A stretch of DNA of 59,402 nucleotides, counting the filler, from Sphacelaria rigidula (Eukaryota): the NCBI GenBank assembly GCA_964200075.2. It is 10 parts of 10 records of this genome, joined end to end, with 100 filler letters (N's around TTAATTAATTAA, not from the genome) between each part and the next. Parts side by side here need not be neighbours in the genome. Positions count along the whole stretch, not along the records: positions 41,655 to 47,504 come from CAXNAA020023985.1; positions 47,605 to 53,453 come from CAXNAA020023986.1; positions 53,554 to 59,402 come from CAXNAA020023987.1; 7 more parts are not named here. One strand, written 5' to 3'. Positions within the stretch are counted from its first letter, which is position 1. Each line of letters begins with the position of its first letter. The notes below the pieces were generated by a model that worked only from the letters and a program-made list of their open reading frames with translations, was not told the origin of the DNA and ran no database searches. This document shows positions 44,555 to 55,936 of this stretch, one piece after another. A program made the translations under genes and the position numbers.

Positions 44555-45242
44555 ATTCTGTTGAAAATTGTTTGCAAAAACAACAACGCACTGCGACGGT
44601 CTTCAAAACTGATCTTATCTGCCTCGCTGGGCCTCGTGCTCTGCTCTGTATCTGATTGCAGTTCAGTCATGAGCTCGAGGGAACGGAGTACGATGCCGGA
44701 TAAATGCCATTTACCATTTTTATCGCATATTCAGCCTGTTATTTTCTAGAGGGTTGGGGGTGACGGTCGCGTCAAAGTGTAGAGACAAGAGGAGACTGGT
44801 ACTCCAGAAAGGTGTGCGCGCAAGGTTTCGCGTGGTGACAAAGAGATTTTTTATCTCGTTTGCATTTTGTTACCCTTGTCTTTCCGTGGTGTGGGCTAGC
44901 ATTAATTGAACAATCGCGTTTCAAAAAGTGACACAATCAGGCGATTGGCGTGTTGAGTCCCTACGGAGCCGAGGATTTGGAAACGCAGCAGCACCGCCGG
45001 GAGCAAGAGAGTGCCGCAGTTCAGCGAAGCATAAGGAGCAGGACGGTACATACCGTCTGGGTGCATTCGATTACAGTGACGCCTATCCATTGCATTGAAA
45101 AAGTTGTCACTCCCGTTTCTATCTGCAAAGAAGCTTGGCCTGTTTGGGTGCTTGGCCGCTACATACAGCCCAGCGTAGACTGAGAGTACTAGTACAGTAC
45201 AGTGCGTCTACCCGACCTTCATTCTACCACAGCGAAACAGAG

Positions 45243-45396
45243 ATGCAACGCCAACCAGACTACCAGTCCTACGCTTACGGCGGGTACGCGGCGCCACCGG
45301 GGTCAACACCCGCGCCCGGAACGTCGGCAGTTTCCATGCAGCATGGATATAGCCAGGCGGGCACCCCTGCCCCAACAACCGCGGCGCCCCCTGTAT

Positions 45397-45428
<32 letters not shown>

Positions 45429-46148
45429 TACCCTCAAGCTTGGCAACAACCGCAACAACCGCAACAACCGCACCAGCCGCAACAACCGCACCAGCATCAC
45501 CAACCGCAGGCTGTGTACTTGGGCTCGGGCGTCTCCTACCAGCACACACAGCCACAGCCACAGCAGCAGCTGCAGCAACAGCAACAGCAGCTGCAGCAAC
45601 AACCACCGCCTCAACCGCAGCAACAGCAACAGTACGCCGCCTACGGTTCCACCGCCGCTCCGCCTGGGTACGCCGCCGTCTCGGCGCCAGGACCCGCATA
45701 CGGGCACCATGCTCCGAGCCACCTCGCACCCCCCACCTCCAGTCCGTACCATCAGCACCAACCCCACCCCGCCCCTCCACCGTCTGGGTCGATTCAGCTA
45801 CCATACCCAAGCAACCCAAGTCAGCACAACTCGGCGACGCCGCCTCAGGCGCAAAACGGAGCCCCTCCGCTCCTGCACACGCCTACGCAGCCTACGCCTG
45901 CGGGGCCCGGGCAGGGGTTGGCGGCGTATGCTTATCCGGGAGCAGCGGCGCCCGGTAGTAGCGAGGGGGCTACGGGCGCGGCAGGGGCCGCAGGGGTGGT
46001 GGGTGCGGGGCAGCCGACGCCGCAGCAGGTCGCTCAAGAGGCTATCGCGAAGACGCTGGCGTCGTTGACGCCGGAGCAGGTTGCCGGGGGTGTAGTACCG
46101 GTTGCTGATAACAGGAGGGGCTATCTATTCGGCACGCTCATTGGCCAG
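45243..46148 (+). CDS. First exon of a Gln/Pro/Gly/Tyr-rich low-complexity protein
   Basis: 302-codon GC-rich frame from ATG (MQRQPDYQSYAYGGY...) to CAG|GTTTGT, followed by a T-rich intron. Confidence 0.85.
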
Positions 46149-46567
46149 GTTTGTGGTTCTCTCTGTGTTGGGTCAAATTATCTTGTTTCGTGTGCGTTCG
46201 TTTTGCTTCCAGCACAGTCAGTTTTTTGTTTTTTTCTCGTTGCCGTTGTTTTTGTTCGATATATCTTCCTTGATCCGAGGTTTACACTTTTGTTTCGTTC
46301 CGCGTTTGTAATGTGCTTTTGTTTGTACACTCATATTTGACTCTCAGGCGAATAGTAATCGCATCTAGATGTTTCAGGCGTTTATTTATTATTTTTTCTT
46401 GTGATACACCCCATGGGGTTTGTGTGATATCAAATGCTGTCCCTCTTCTCTAGCGGCGAGTAGTATGTTCGCGTACAAGAGCATGCCATTTTTATCGGCG
46501 ACAATTCGCTTCATTTCCGATGACGTAAATGGGCCCATTTTTTTCTTTTTGTTGTTTCTTTCCGCAG

Positions 46568-46623
46568 ATGGAAAAGGCGAGACTGGAGCGAGCGGCCGAT
46601 AAGAACGAGAACTACGTACGAAG
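46568..46623 (+). CDS. Second exon of the same gene (MEKARLERAADKNENYVR); the junction resembles the pinin/SDK/memA motif
   Basis: Strong polypyrimidine tract and CCGCAG acceptor, phase 0 compatible with exon 1, AAG|GTGCTG donor. Confidence 0.65.
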
Positions 46624-47295
46624 GTGCTGCCTCGAAACATGGCACCATCGAAATCTGTCGCTTTCAGAACCTACCCATGCGAAAACCACATGATGTAGAC
46701 CTTCCCCTTTTTCGTGAAAAAAAACAAAACAAAAAAATACGCCTCCGAGTAGTGCGTATAATGAGAAGTTGATTCATAATTCGTGCATTATTGTCAGCCC
46801 GATGTTCATGGAGCTGGAATTACGACAAGGGGCAAAGAAAGGCAGGTCAAAAGATGATAAGGATAATCATGAGTCGCACACAGACGACGGCTGTAGACCT
46901 TGACGTCACCCGATCGCAGGGAGGGTAAGCGTCCGCTAGCCCTCCACAGGGATGAATATGCCGCTTGGCTATGGAACCGAAATTCCGCGAATTTCGGGTC
47001 CCAAACAGCGTGAGCCGTGGTGGGTAAAAGCACCTACAAGATTGTAAACAAAGAGAGTATAACTAGGCATTGGCCATGGCGTGTGGTATATGCGTCACCA
47101 CGTTACGTGGTACAATTCTAGAAACACGACGAACATGGATCCTCTCCGAAAGTTCCCAGAGTTGCACTTTCCCGCTAGCTGAATATGTGTAACGGCCACT
47201 ATTCTCCTCTCTTCATGCTGACCCTCAATGCATTGTCGGCGCATCCTTCTTTGCCTAGAAAATCGAAGTTCCCCCCCGCCCTCGTCCCCCGAGCC

Positions 47296-47392
47296 TGGTC
47301 CGGCTCAAACCTGGCATGCTCCACCCCGGCTTTATATTGGTGCGAGATCAATGGTCTCATGACTACGGCATGCAAGATCATGAGTACACCCC
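47296..47392 (+). repeat. Dispersed repeat family B (sister of family A)
   Basis: GGCTTT...TGCGAGATCAATGGTCTCATGACTACGGCATGCAAGATCATGAGTACACCCC. Copies at 47605-47702 (+), ~53380-53453 (-) and ~54835-54932 (-). Confidence 0.85.
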
Positions 47393-47737
47393 TGCCGTCC
47401 CCGATGCTCCGTCTCGAAAGGGATGCGTGGTCAATGGTCAAATGACTAAGGCAAGCAACAAATGAGTACGACCCCCAGCGCCCAGCGCCCCCCCCCCCCC
47501 CCCCNNNNNNNNNNNNNNNNNNNNNNNNNNNNNNNNNNNNNNNNNNNNTTAATTAATTAANNNNNNNNNNNNNNNNNNNNNNNNNNNNNNNNNNNNNNNN
47601 NNNNTGGTCCGGCGAAAACCCGGCGTGCTCCGTCTCGGCTTTGTAGGGATGCGAGATCAATGGTATTCTGACTATGGCATGTATAATCATGAGTGCACCC
47701 CTCCCCTCAACCGTTCCCCCTCCTTGTCCATCTCACA

Positions 47738-48424
47738 CGAGGACCCAAGGAGGCCGGCCGCCCCCCCAAGCAATGGGAGAATACTCTAAAGGAGAGCATA
47801 CGTGCGCTAGGAGCTGTCCCGCACAAAGAATCGCGACGGAAGTGGTTCGTCTACGGTGTGGAGGTTAACGATGCGTAAGATTGGTTCACAAAGAACATGA
47901 GCAACTGGCATATTGGAGTCGAAAAAGGAGCGGAAGAGTTTGAGGACACGTGGCGACGCGCGGACAAACGAGAATCCGACCGCCTTCACAAGCGAGAGGC
48001 TGCTGCGTCGAAGACCGCCAACCGAAGAATTCTGCCTGCTCATATCGGTTGTTGATTATGTCATTAGTCGGTTGCTCTGCGGTGCCCACAGGTGTGTGCC
48101 TGTATCTACTCTGCTGCCCTGAATCCCTTGGGCTTTTTCCTTTTTTAAAATATTTTATATATATTTTTCTGCTCATTTTGTTTTGTTGTTTTAGGTCGGC
48201 CATCTCTTTCTTTGCTTTGCTTTTGTCGCCTTTTTTATTCTCCTTCCTTCTTTGTTTTTTCGCATCGTCGTCTACTATGTCGTTCTGTTCGACTTGTTTC
48301 TGCTCCTTCTTTCCTTGAGCGAGTATTTCAGTTTCGCTTTCCTTGGGTATGTCTACTATGCGACCACGGCTAGACCCCTGGGTGGGTCAGTTAAAGTGCG
48401 ACAATCAAGCAATTCAATCAATCA
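47738..48424 (+). mobile_element. 5'-truncated non-LTR retrotransposon (RTE-like LINE) 3' end
   Basis: The frame RGPKEAGRPPKQWENTLKESIRALG...DW...NMSNWHIGVEKGAEEFEDTWRRAD carries the GRP-x-x-x-W C-terminal motif of RTE/CR1-type ORF2. It is followed by a T-rich 3' UTR and a (CAAT)n tail at ~48402-48424. Confidence 0.65.
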
Positions 48425-49809
48425 AAAAGACACGTGACTCACCTGGCCATACGTATGCGTATCCGTGCCGCGCGCGGGGGGTCGATAACTTCCAGTACTT
48501 CCAGGTCCGTTAGTCCACCTCTGTCGTCTTCCGCAGAGTGGCGTTTCCTATGGCTCATATCGCAGTGACAATGTGTTCAAGACGGCAACAAAGAGCACCT
48601 TTCAGTGACACCGTCTCTCGCCGGATGATACGTGAATTTTCCGTCCATACCTAGTCGCATTAGCGAGGTCCCCCTGGTATCCTCTTTATGACAAGGTTTT
48701 TCATGACAGCACAAATGCTTCTTCCCGTGCGCGCCTTCCAAATTCATTGATTGGCTGATTATCGCACACTAAGCGGTCGCCGAGGAAATCCAGGCGTGGC
48801 CAGAAGATGGAGTACTCAAGGGTGAACAAAACGGAAACAAACGCTGAAAACAAGTCGAGCAAAAGCGCTTGCGATCCAATGCATACTATACCCGCTGCGT
48901 TCACCGCGCCCTCTGTGTGAACACTTCATTTCATTCGCGCTCACTTGAATTATATATTTGTACATGTATCATTTAACATTTTTCACCACTTTTGCCGACT
49001 TTCCTCTGGCGGCAAGGCATTTTTCCCCGTGCTTTTTTTTGCAGCACACTGAGAAGGCTCAGCAGTACATTACCGTTCAGGTTTGGGTGTCATCTGATAC
49101 CTGTGGCGCGTGTTCTGGCCACCGAAAGTCGCTCAAACTGGCACTTTTTCGCGGGGGTGCCGATCCCGAACCACAAAAGCCTTTTCAAGGTCACGGAAAA
49201 CTTGAAACAGGGACGCGAACCGCAAAAAACGCCTGTTGAACATCATGGAGAAATTCAAACAGGATTATTTTTGGCGTGGTATTTTTTTCCGTGTTTATCT
49301 TTGCCGCGTTCTCTTTCATTTGGAAGCACGAACGCACCGGTTATGCCGCCGATGACACGCGAACATGAGAGCAAAGCAGTTGGAAACAGTTGAACATTGC
49401 CTTGGCCTTAGTCAGCAGCAAACACAAGACCGTGTAATGGGCCGTTGGCGAGTTGAACAAGGCACAGCAGCACGGCAGCACAGGAATGTTTTTGCCGCAA
49501 AAAACAATCACCCTGTTAAAAAGAAGGCCCAGTGATGATGTAGAAGCCACAGTGATGTACAAGGAACATGCCAAGAATGTTCCGCGCATTCCACTTTTAC
49601 GGGAAGTGTCTCCCGCTGTCGTGTCTTTCGTGGTACGAGAGCTACTTTGCACTCTGGCACCTCGGAAATACCACACATGTCCTACGCCGGCGGTTCCGCC
49701 GTCGGCCTCTGTCCGACTTCTCAAATTTCCGAACGACAGCCGATAACACACGCGATGTGTGTACAGCCACAATCACTACTTTGCATTGAGATACAACAAC
49801 CTCTCTTAC

Positions 49810-49911
49810 CCCTTAGACCGCGATGCTGGTAGTCCATCTGGATCACGCATACTTTTTTCAAGTGAATATTGATGCCGATTCAGCAGATGACCTACCTTCG
49901 CCGTCAAGGTG
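49810..49911. mobile_element. ~100-bp piggyBac-like MITE
   Basis: TTAC-CCCTTAGACCGCGA ... TCGCCGTCAAGGTG-TTAA; homologous to 395-493 (reverse) and 42735-42818. Confidence 0.6.
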
Positions 49912-50030
49912 TTAACCATATAGTTTCGACTTGCGTCACCCCCGGGAGGCCCGTACCAACCTCCCGAAAGGGAACGTTGTATATATATATGTGTATATAT
50001 GATGTCTAGTCTTAACATGGTGCCAACAAA

Positions 50031-50091
50031 ACGACGATGGCGACGGCGACGACGACAACAACAACAACAACAACAACAACAACAGCAGCAG
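50031..50091. repeat. Compound trinucleotide microsatellite (CGA)n-(CAA)n-(CAG)n
   Basis: Read directly. Confidence 0.9.
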
Positions 50092-50905
50092 CGCCATTTC
50101 TCATAACATGATACGGTGATCCACTCATCAAACTCGCACATCACTCGAAAAGCTGAGCACATGCACATACACGCCCACCACCGTACCTCGGCCTCAAAAT
50201 CCCCTCCCTCCTGGTTCCATCCCACACGCCATGGCCATCCCCAGTCCCCGCGGCTTGGCCAGCACGAGAAGCTATCTGTTTCCGCCTTTCCTCTTCGTCC
50301 TCCGGGTACTCACGCCTAACCAGCCACTCAACGGTAGGAAGGGTAGAAGAGGGACATTCGGTCTCAAAACGTCCCTGGAATATCAGCCAACAATGTAGTA
50401 GTTTTGTCCCTTTCCTACACCATTGATCGCAGTCGTCCCCCACGCTACTGTACAATGCATGGTACTACGAGGAGCTGTGATTTTCAGGTACTACCGAGGG
50501 ATGAGAGAAAAATAGGGCGTCGTCGTCGGGCTGCTCAATACCCCACTGTAGATGCCGACGAAACGCCTGTCCCCCGTTCCCCTCCCCCTCTCCCACGACC
50601 TTATTATTCAATGACCGTGGTCCGCACAGGGACAAGTATTACCGCTGTTTGTGTCCCGGGACTAGACTAGAACCGCCATTCGAAAACTACGCGAGAGTGT
50701 AAGACGGAGACTGGCTGGTTCAATGAAAAGGGCCAAACACTCGGCAGTATGTGTGCCGCAGGCGGCACGGTGCGCTGTTCGCCGCGCAAAGGCATTACTA
50801 TATTTTCCACAGGTTAGGGAAGTATGTATGTATACATATTTTACGGTCGCGTGCTCAGTATACGACAATATGACATCAAGGAGAAAACAGGAACCGTCGA
50901 CGTTC

Positions 50906-51161
50906 GAGGGATACTACGGTAGGGGTGCACACATATTTTCTGTGGTTAGAATTGTCAGGAGCCCTTAATCTCATCTAAAACACGAGTCATGAAATACGCG
51001 AGAGTACGCCAGGAATTATATTCTAATATGCCGGGGATATCCCGAATGAATATGCAAACGGGGGTGCCCTGACCCATATCCTTGTGCATCTAGAATCTTT
51101 AGGAGCCCCTGAACCAGACAAGATTTCGCGCAAAACGTGTAACTCTACCGTAGCATTGCTC
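50906..51161 (+). mobile_element. Full-length 256-bp MITE, Sola2-like, TSD GTTC
   Basis: GAGGGATACTACGGTAGGGGTGCAC ... GTGTAACTCTACCGTAGCATTGCTC, with GTTC on both flanks (50902-50905 and 51162-51165). Confidence 0.87.
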
Positions 51162-51653
51162 GTTCATGAAAATCAACTTGGATATCTCTGAGTTTTTTCA
51201 TGTCATGCCTGAGCGTGGGAAACTCGGATATATGTCTGTCTCTCTTCCTATCGAATGAAGGTACTGTGGCACTTCTTTTGTCGCGTGTTTGCGGTGCTCT
51301 ACGATGTTCGCCGGGTGTGGACAACGATGCATGACATAGGACGGCGGTATGCACCTCAACATCATTTCCAAACACGCTGGACCGCGACTGCAACAAGACG
51401 TATCTTGATTCCAAGCAGGAAAAAGGCAGGGTGGGCGGGAAGGAGGAAGAGGGGATATCTTTTCCCCACCATGGCACAAGCAGCAGCCCCTCACTTCCAG
51501 GCGGCGCACTTGACGACTGTACGCGGCATGCCTTATATCTACACGTGCGTCGATGTGCACACCCACTTCGATGAGATTGCGAGGCGTCTCCTCCGGCGGC
51601 CTCATGCAGAAGACATCTTAAAGCGTACAGCTCCCGCTTTACCGAAGTACCTG

Positions 51654-51795
51654 GAGTGGTGCCCCGGTAGGGGTGCACAAAAGCTTTCTCAGGCTCTTCA
51701 CTTCAGGAGCCCTTCAATGAGGAACATCTGGGCCCAAGTGTGCAACATCAGACCACTTTAAGGCTGAAACGTGCACCCCTACCGTAGCACTACTC
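51654..51795 (+). mobile_element. 142-bp short derivative with the same TIRs
   Basis: GAGTGGTGCCCCGGTAGGGGTGCAC ... GTGCACCCCTACCGTAGCACTACTC, flanked by CCTG and CCTA (3 of 4 match). Confidence 0.75.
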
Positions 51796-53600
51796 CCTAC
51801 GGTACTTGGAAAAAATCTCTTGTTCTAAAACAGTATGATGCACGTCCACTGAGAGATCAATTATGACATTCGCAAGGCCAGCTTTGCTTGCAGTCTGGGG
51901 GAACAGAGGTTGAACCGTCAGATGGCGTGCGAATTGTGCTGCTGCAATATATATTAATGGCCTTATTGACATTTCAACGGCGTGTATTTTTCGGGGTGAT
52001 TCATGACCATCTGCAGTATACACGAACAGTTTCGCTGTGCGCCACGCGTGATCAATCGCTCGAGAGACAGTCTCTTACCTCCACCAAAATGGATCGTTCT
52101 CGTGCTCCTCAAACCGAGCAATACCCACCCCAGAGCACACCCAGGGGCCCGCAGAGCCGGCGGCGATCGATCGAGCGGCGGGAGAGAGGCTGTCGAATAG
52201 GCTCTCACATCTGAGTTGTAACCGGTTGATTGGGGGAGACCTTCAGCGCGATTCGATACGACGTGTCGTTGCTGGTGAAAGGCTCAAACTTTTATTTTCA
52301 TCTGCAACGTGCTTATTCCATCCGGGAGGAAGTATCCGGAACATTTTTCCGAGACGCGATGCCGTTGTTTAACCGGCACACATCAACAGAAATGTTTACT
52401 TGCTAATGTTCATTGGCCTCCAAGTCATTCGGTGAATGGAGAGAAAGAGCACAAAGCGGGCTGATTGGATGCAGAACTCACGTTTTGTCGCCAATTTATT
52501 GAATCAATTGATCTGTTTCCTTTTTTCCTTTTGAAGCATCGAACCATTTTCTTTCGCTCTCCCTCCCCTTGTATTGGGGACCATGGTGAGTGGCGAGAGA
52601 GTATCACCTTGCGACCTATTTCTGCAGTAGCAATTTTCGGGTCTCTGTTTTTTTGTAGCGTTTGATCCTATTTGGTATCGGCGACACATTGCCAAGCGCG
52701 AGATGTGCCCGCGTTCGCTCCCCATACTTCGCGACGCTCTTACGCGACCGGAGGGCGTGCTGTAATTACGCGCTGTATTCGTGAGTTAGTGTCTAGGATG
52801 GCATAACATATTTTCATCACCAAGCTCACATATGGGAGTATCTGCAGAGGAACGGGAATACCGTTGTCTCGGAGACGAAAAAAGAAAAATTGGAAAGGCA
52901 TAGAGTATACAGCGCCGAGTACAAAGCGCCGACCTGCCGACATTACATTCGTAGGTAGGCATGCGGGCAGGGCGAAATCATAACAATTTTTGTCAATGGA
53001 AGATGCTTCGAGTACGGCGTACGAGATGAAACGGACAAACTCGCCTCTGACCAGTTGCACTGCGATGGCTCATCCCATCTACAGAGCCTAATCCGTCCTC
53101 CGCCCCTTGCGCCTCCTCGCCCTTATCTCCAGCAGGGGCCTCCCCGGCGTCAACGGCATAGTCGTCACTGCATCGACCTGGTCCTTCTAATGCGAAGCTC
53201 AGATTGCTGCTGAAAATAGCCAGGGGTCCTGCCCACTTCTCTATACCCTCATTAATGCTGTCGGTATCTTCAGTCGCGCAAACAGTTGTATCATCACCGG
53301 GGAAGGGAATACGGCCGTTAGTAGTTTCTGTTGATGATAGTGGCGTGGGTGGTGTTGGAGGGGAAGACATGCCACGATAGGGGAGTTGTGCTCATGACCA
53401 TGCATGCCATAGTCACGAGACCATTGACCTCGCATCCCTACAAAGCCGGGACGNNNNNNNNNNNNNNNNNNNNNNNNNNNNNNNNNNNNNNNNNNNNTTA
53501 ATTAATTAANNNNNNNNNNNNNNNNNNNNNNNNNNNNNNNNNNNNNNNNNNNNCCCCCCCCACCCCCCCCCCACACACAAAGAGAAAAAAAAAGAGAGAG

Positions 53601-53648
<48 letters not shown>

Positions 53649-55396
53649 GGACATGCATCATCAAACGTACAGCAGAGAAATAGCCCCTGGCGTTCAGAAA
53701 CTCCAGTAGCAGCCCGTCCATTTTGTGTCACATCCCTCACAAATTTTGGATACCTCACGTCAACAAAGGAAAATATCTTGGGAGTCGTATGCATTCGCAG
53801 TATCTGACTGGTGTGCACTTTGTACGGGCGCCTCATCAAGCGCAGTTCCATCGGCCTACATATCGCATTGTGCAACCGTTTGACTCCACCGAAAGCTCAA
53901 GCCCTCCTCCGGTCATGCTCCAATGACTCACAATAGATACCTAAAGTTCAACCACCGTCCATGATACTCCTTACTTGGATTAGTCGACAGAACCATCCAG
54001 GAGTTCGAAAATCACACCATATATTTTTTTCCAACCAATATCCCCCAATTGGGGGGTTGGCAGAGAGCTCGAGGACGAATGGATGGGAGCACATACACAC
54101 ACAATAAATCGCTGCAACAAAAATAGAAGGCAATCGCAAGCTAACTCTCGCGTTGCCATCGCGCTACACAGAGCACATCAACACCTACGCCGGCACACTC
54201 TCAACTCGCCGATCATACCTGCTTACGCTGCAAAAACTTGCAGCACGATGAAGGCTCCTGTTTGGTTATTCAAGGTATCTCGATGCTTTCAATACTCAGG
54301 TATCTCAGGATAGCACAATGTGTTCATTACTTGTGATACATTTAAAAGCAACGGTATACTGAGACACCGATGCACCACCATATCATGCATGTAGGCCGAC
54401 ATGAGGCAAATAACCTCAGCCTATCCCCGCCCATCCCTCTCCGATTATGAAAGCAACGCCAGTGGGCTCCTGCCGCTTCTGAGCGTGAAGCACAGTCATT
54501 CGTGTGCGTGAGCCTTGTGATTTTTCCACGGATGGTTTCGAGCATATGGCTACCATCACACGTTGAAGACCAACGCTACTTCTGTCGGTGAATTCTACGG
54601 GGGATGTTCAGTATATACATGGAGCGCAGCAGAACTCCGAGCACACGGACGTGTTGTCTTGCACAACAGGTCAGCTTACTAGCGATGTGACACCAAGCTC
54701 AAGACAACGCGTTTGTGCCACCACTCGGAGCGCACCAACCGAACTCAACTCTTCGATTAGCGCAAGTCTCCATACAGATAAACGTTTCCCGATAAATACG
54801 ACGTACATTCTGCGCGCTCTTCTTCGGGGGGGGGGGGGGTGTACTCACGACCTTGCGTGTGATAGTCATAGGACTTTTGATCTCGCATTACTATAAAGCC
54901 GGGAGGGAGCACGCCGAGTCTTCGCCGGACCAGGGAGGGAGGTGGGAGGGGGAGACGGGAACGGCGAAACGACCATCCCTCACCACAGCATACCCCGCCC
55001 CCGCCCCCAAATATTTCTACAGCGTACACACTGCAAGAAAAATGTAATCTTGCCGCCCGATCGTTTCACTCACATACACATACTACGACGGGTGGGCACG
55101 GCCCCAAGTACCCAGCCACGAAGGTGTACCTTCTACAGCTTCCACACCTTCCACACACACCCTCCACCGCCTTGACCCTGCCCTCAAACTTTTCTGAATC
55201 ACCCCTCACTGAAGACTACAGGCGTTCTTGCGAGTAAGAGTACAGACCCAACCTTTAGAGGGGTTCACGTCTTCGACTACTCTTCTGTGTTATACTGTCA
55301 AATTGTACTGCATCGTAAATAATCCCTGCTTCCACCCACACACATCGTAGCCACCAAAGCACTACCCTCCCTCTGCCATAGCAATCGCCCTACTCG

Positions 55397-55936
55397 CTAC
55401 TCTTCGACTACACTCATCACGGGGCCGTCGTCCCCAACCCCAGACAACCCGGTGGCGCCATCACTCTCGACCCCGCCACCCTCTGTTCCGCTGTTTTCAT
55501 CGTCGGCCGGCCCCTCCACCACGCCCCCCAGGACCACCGAGAGTCTCCCGCCAGCGCCGGTGCTGGAGCTCCTTCTGCGGTAGCTCGCTGCCGTGGTGAG
55601 CGGCATGCCACCTTTACCGAAGCTCGTCGCCATGATATGGTGGTCGCTATTGGTGTTGGGGTGATCGACACCGTCGCTCTCGTTGTGGGGTGTCGAACTC
55701 GAACGAGAAGGAGCGGTCCCAGGAACCGTGCCCGGAAAGTTCGCGGACCTCGAGGTAGCCGAGTAAGATGACAGATTGGACGAAATCTGCTTGCGGCGCT
55801 CCGCGCTACGCTGACGGCCGCTCTCCGCTGCCATGTCTGGCCTGTCCAGGAGGCTGTGGACGGACTTGGCGCTTGTTACCATGGGGGAGGAGGGCTCCAC
55901 GCTCTGCATCAGTTCCGCGTGGAGCTGGTTGACGAT
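55397..55936 (-). CDS. Probable terminal exon, Ser/Gly-rich disordered C-terminus
   Basis: Branch-point-like TTCTAAC, pyrimidine tract and CCAG|, then an open GC-rich frame IVNQLHAELMQSVEPSSP...VMSVVEE-stop. Confidence 0.7.
   Translation of the reverse strand: MVNQLHAELMQSVEPSSPMVTSAKSVHSLLDRPDMAAESGRQRSAERRKQISSNLSSYSATSRSANFPGTVPGTAPSRSSSTPHNESDGVDHPNTNSDHHIMATSFGKGGMPLTTAASYRRRSSSTGAGGRLSVVLGGVVEGPADDENSGTEGGGVESDGATGLSGVGDDGPVMSVVEE

Noticed and set aside
45202..46068. Multiple long overlapping ORFs on both strands
   Set aside because: Shadow frames of a GC-rich, trinucleotide-repeat coding exon.
46100..46148. Protein kinase subdomain I (RRGYLFGTLIGQ before a GxxG loop)
   Set aside because: The best next exon (46568) continues MEKARLE, not a Gly-rich loop or VAxK.
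51255..51761. 168-aa ORF with RGMPY, reminiscent of Helitron Rep motif II
   Set aside because: It lacks the HxH and other Rep motifs, and its 3' end runs through a MITE.
52993..53370. 125-aa acidic minus-strand ORF
   Set aside because: It could be an exon, but it abuts a family B repeat and has no domain or clear splice sites, so I cannot support it.
53609..53647. Long poly-G tract as a functional G-quadruplex
   Set aside because: Homopolymer length near contig ends is unreliable, and such tracts occur throughout this sequence.
55900..55936. IVNQL as the last helix of a TKL-type kinase domain
   Set aside because: Too short to support, and no upstream kinase exons were found in the contig.
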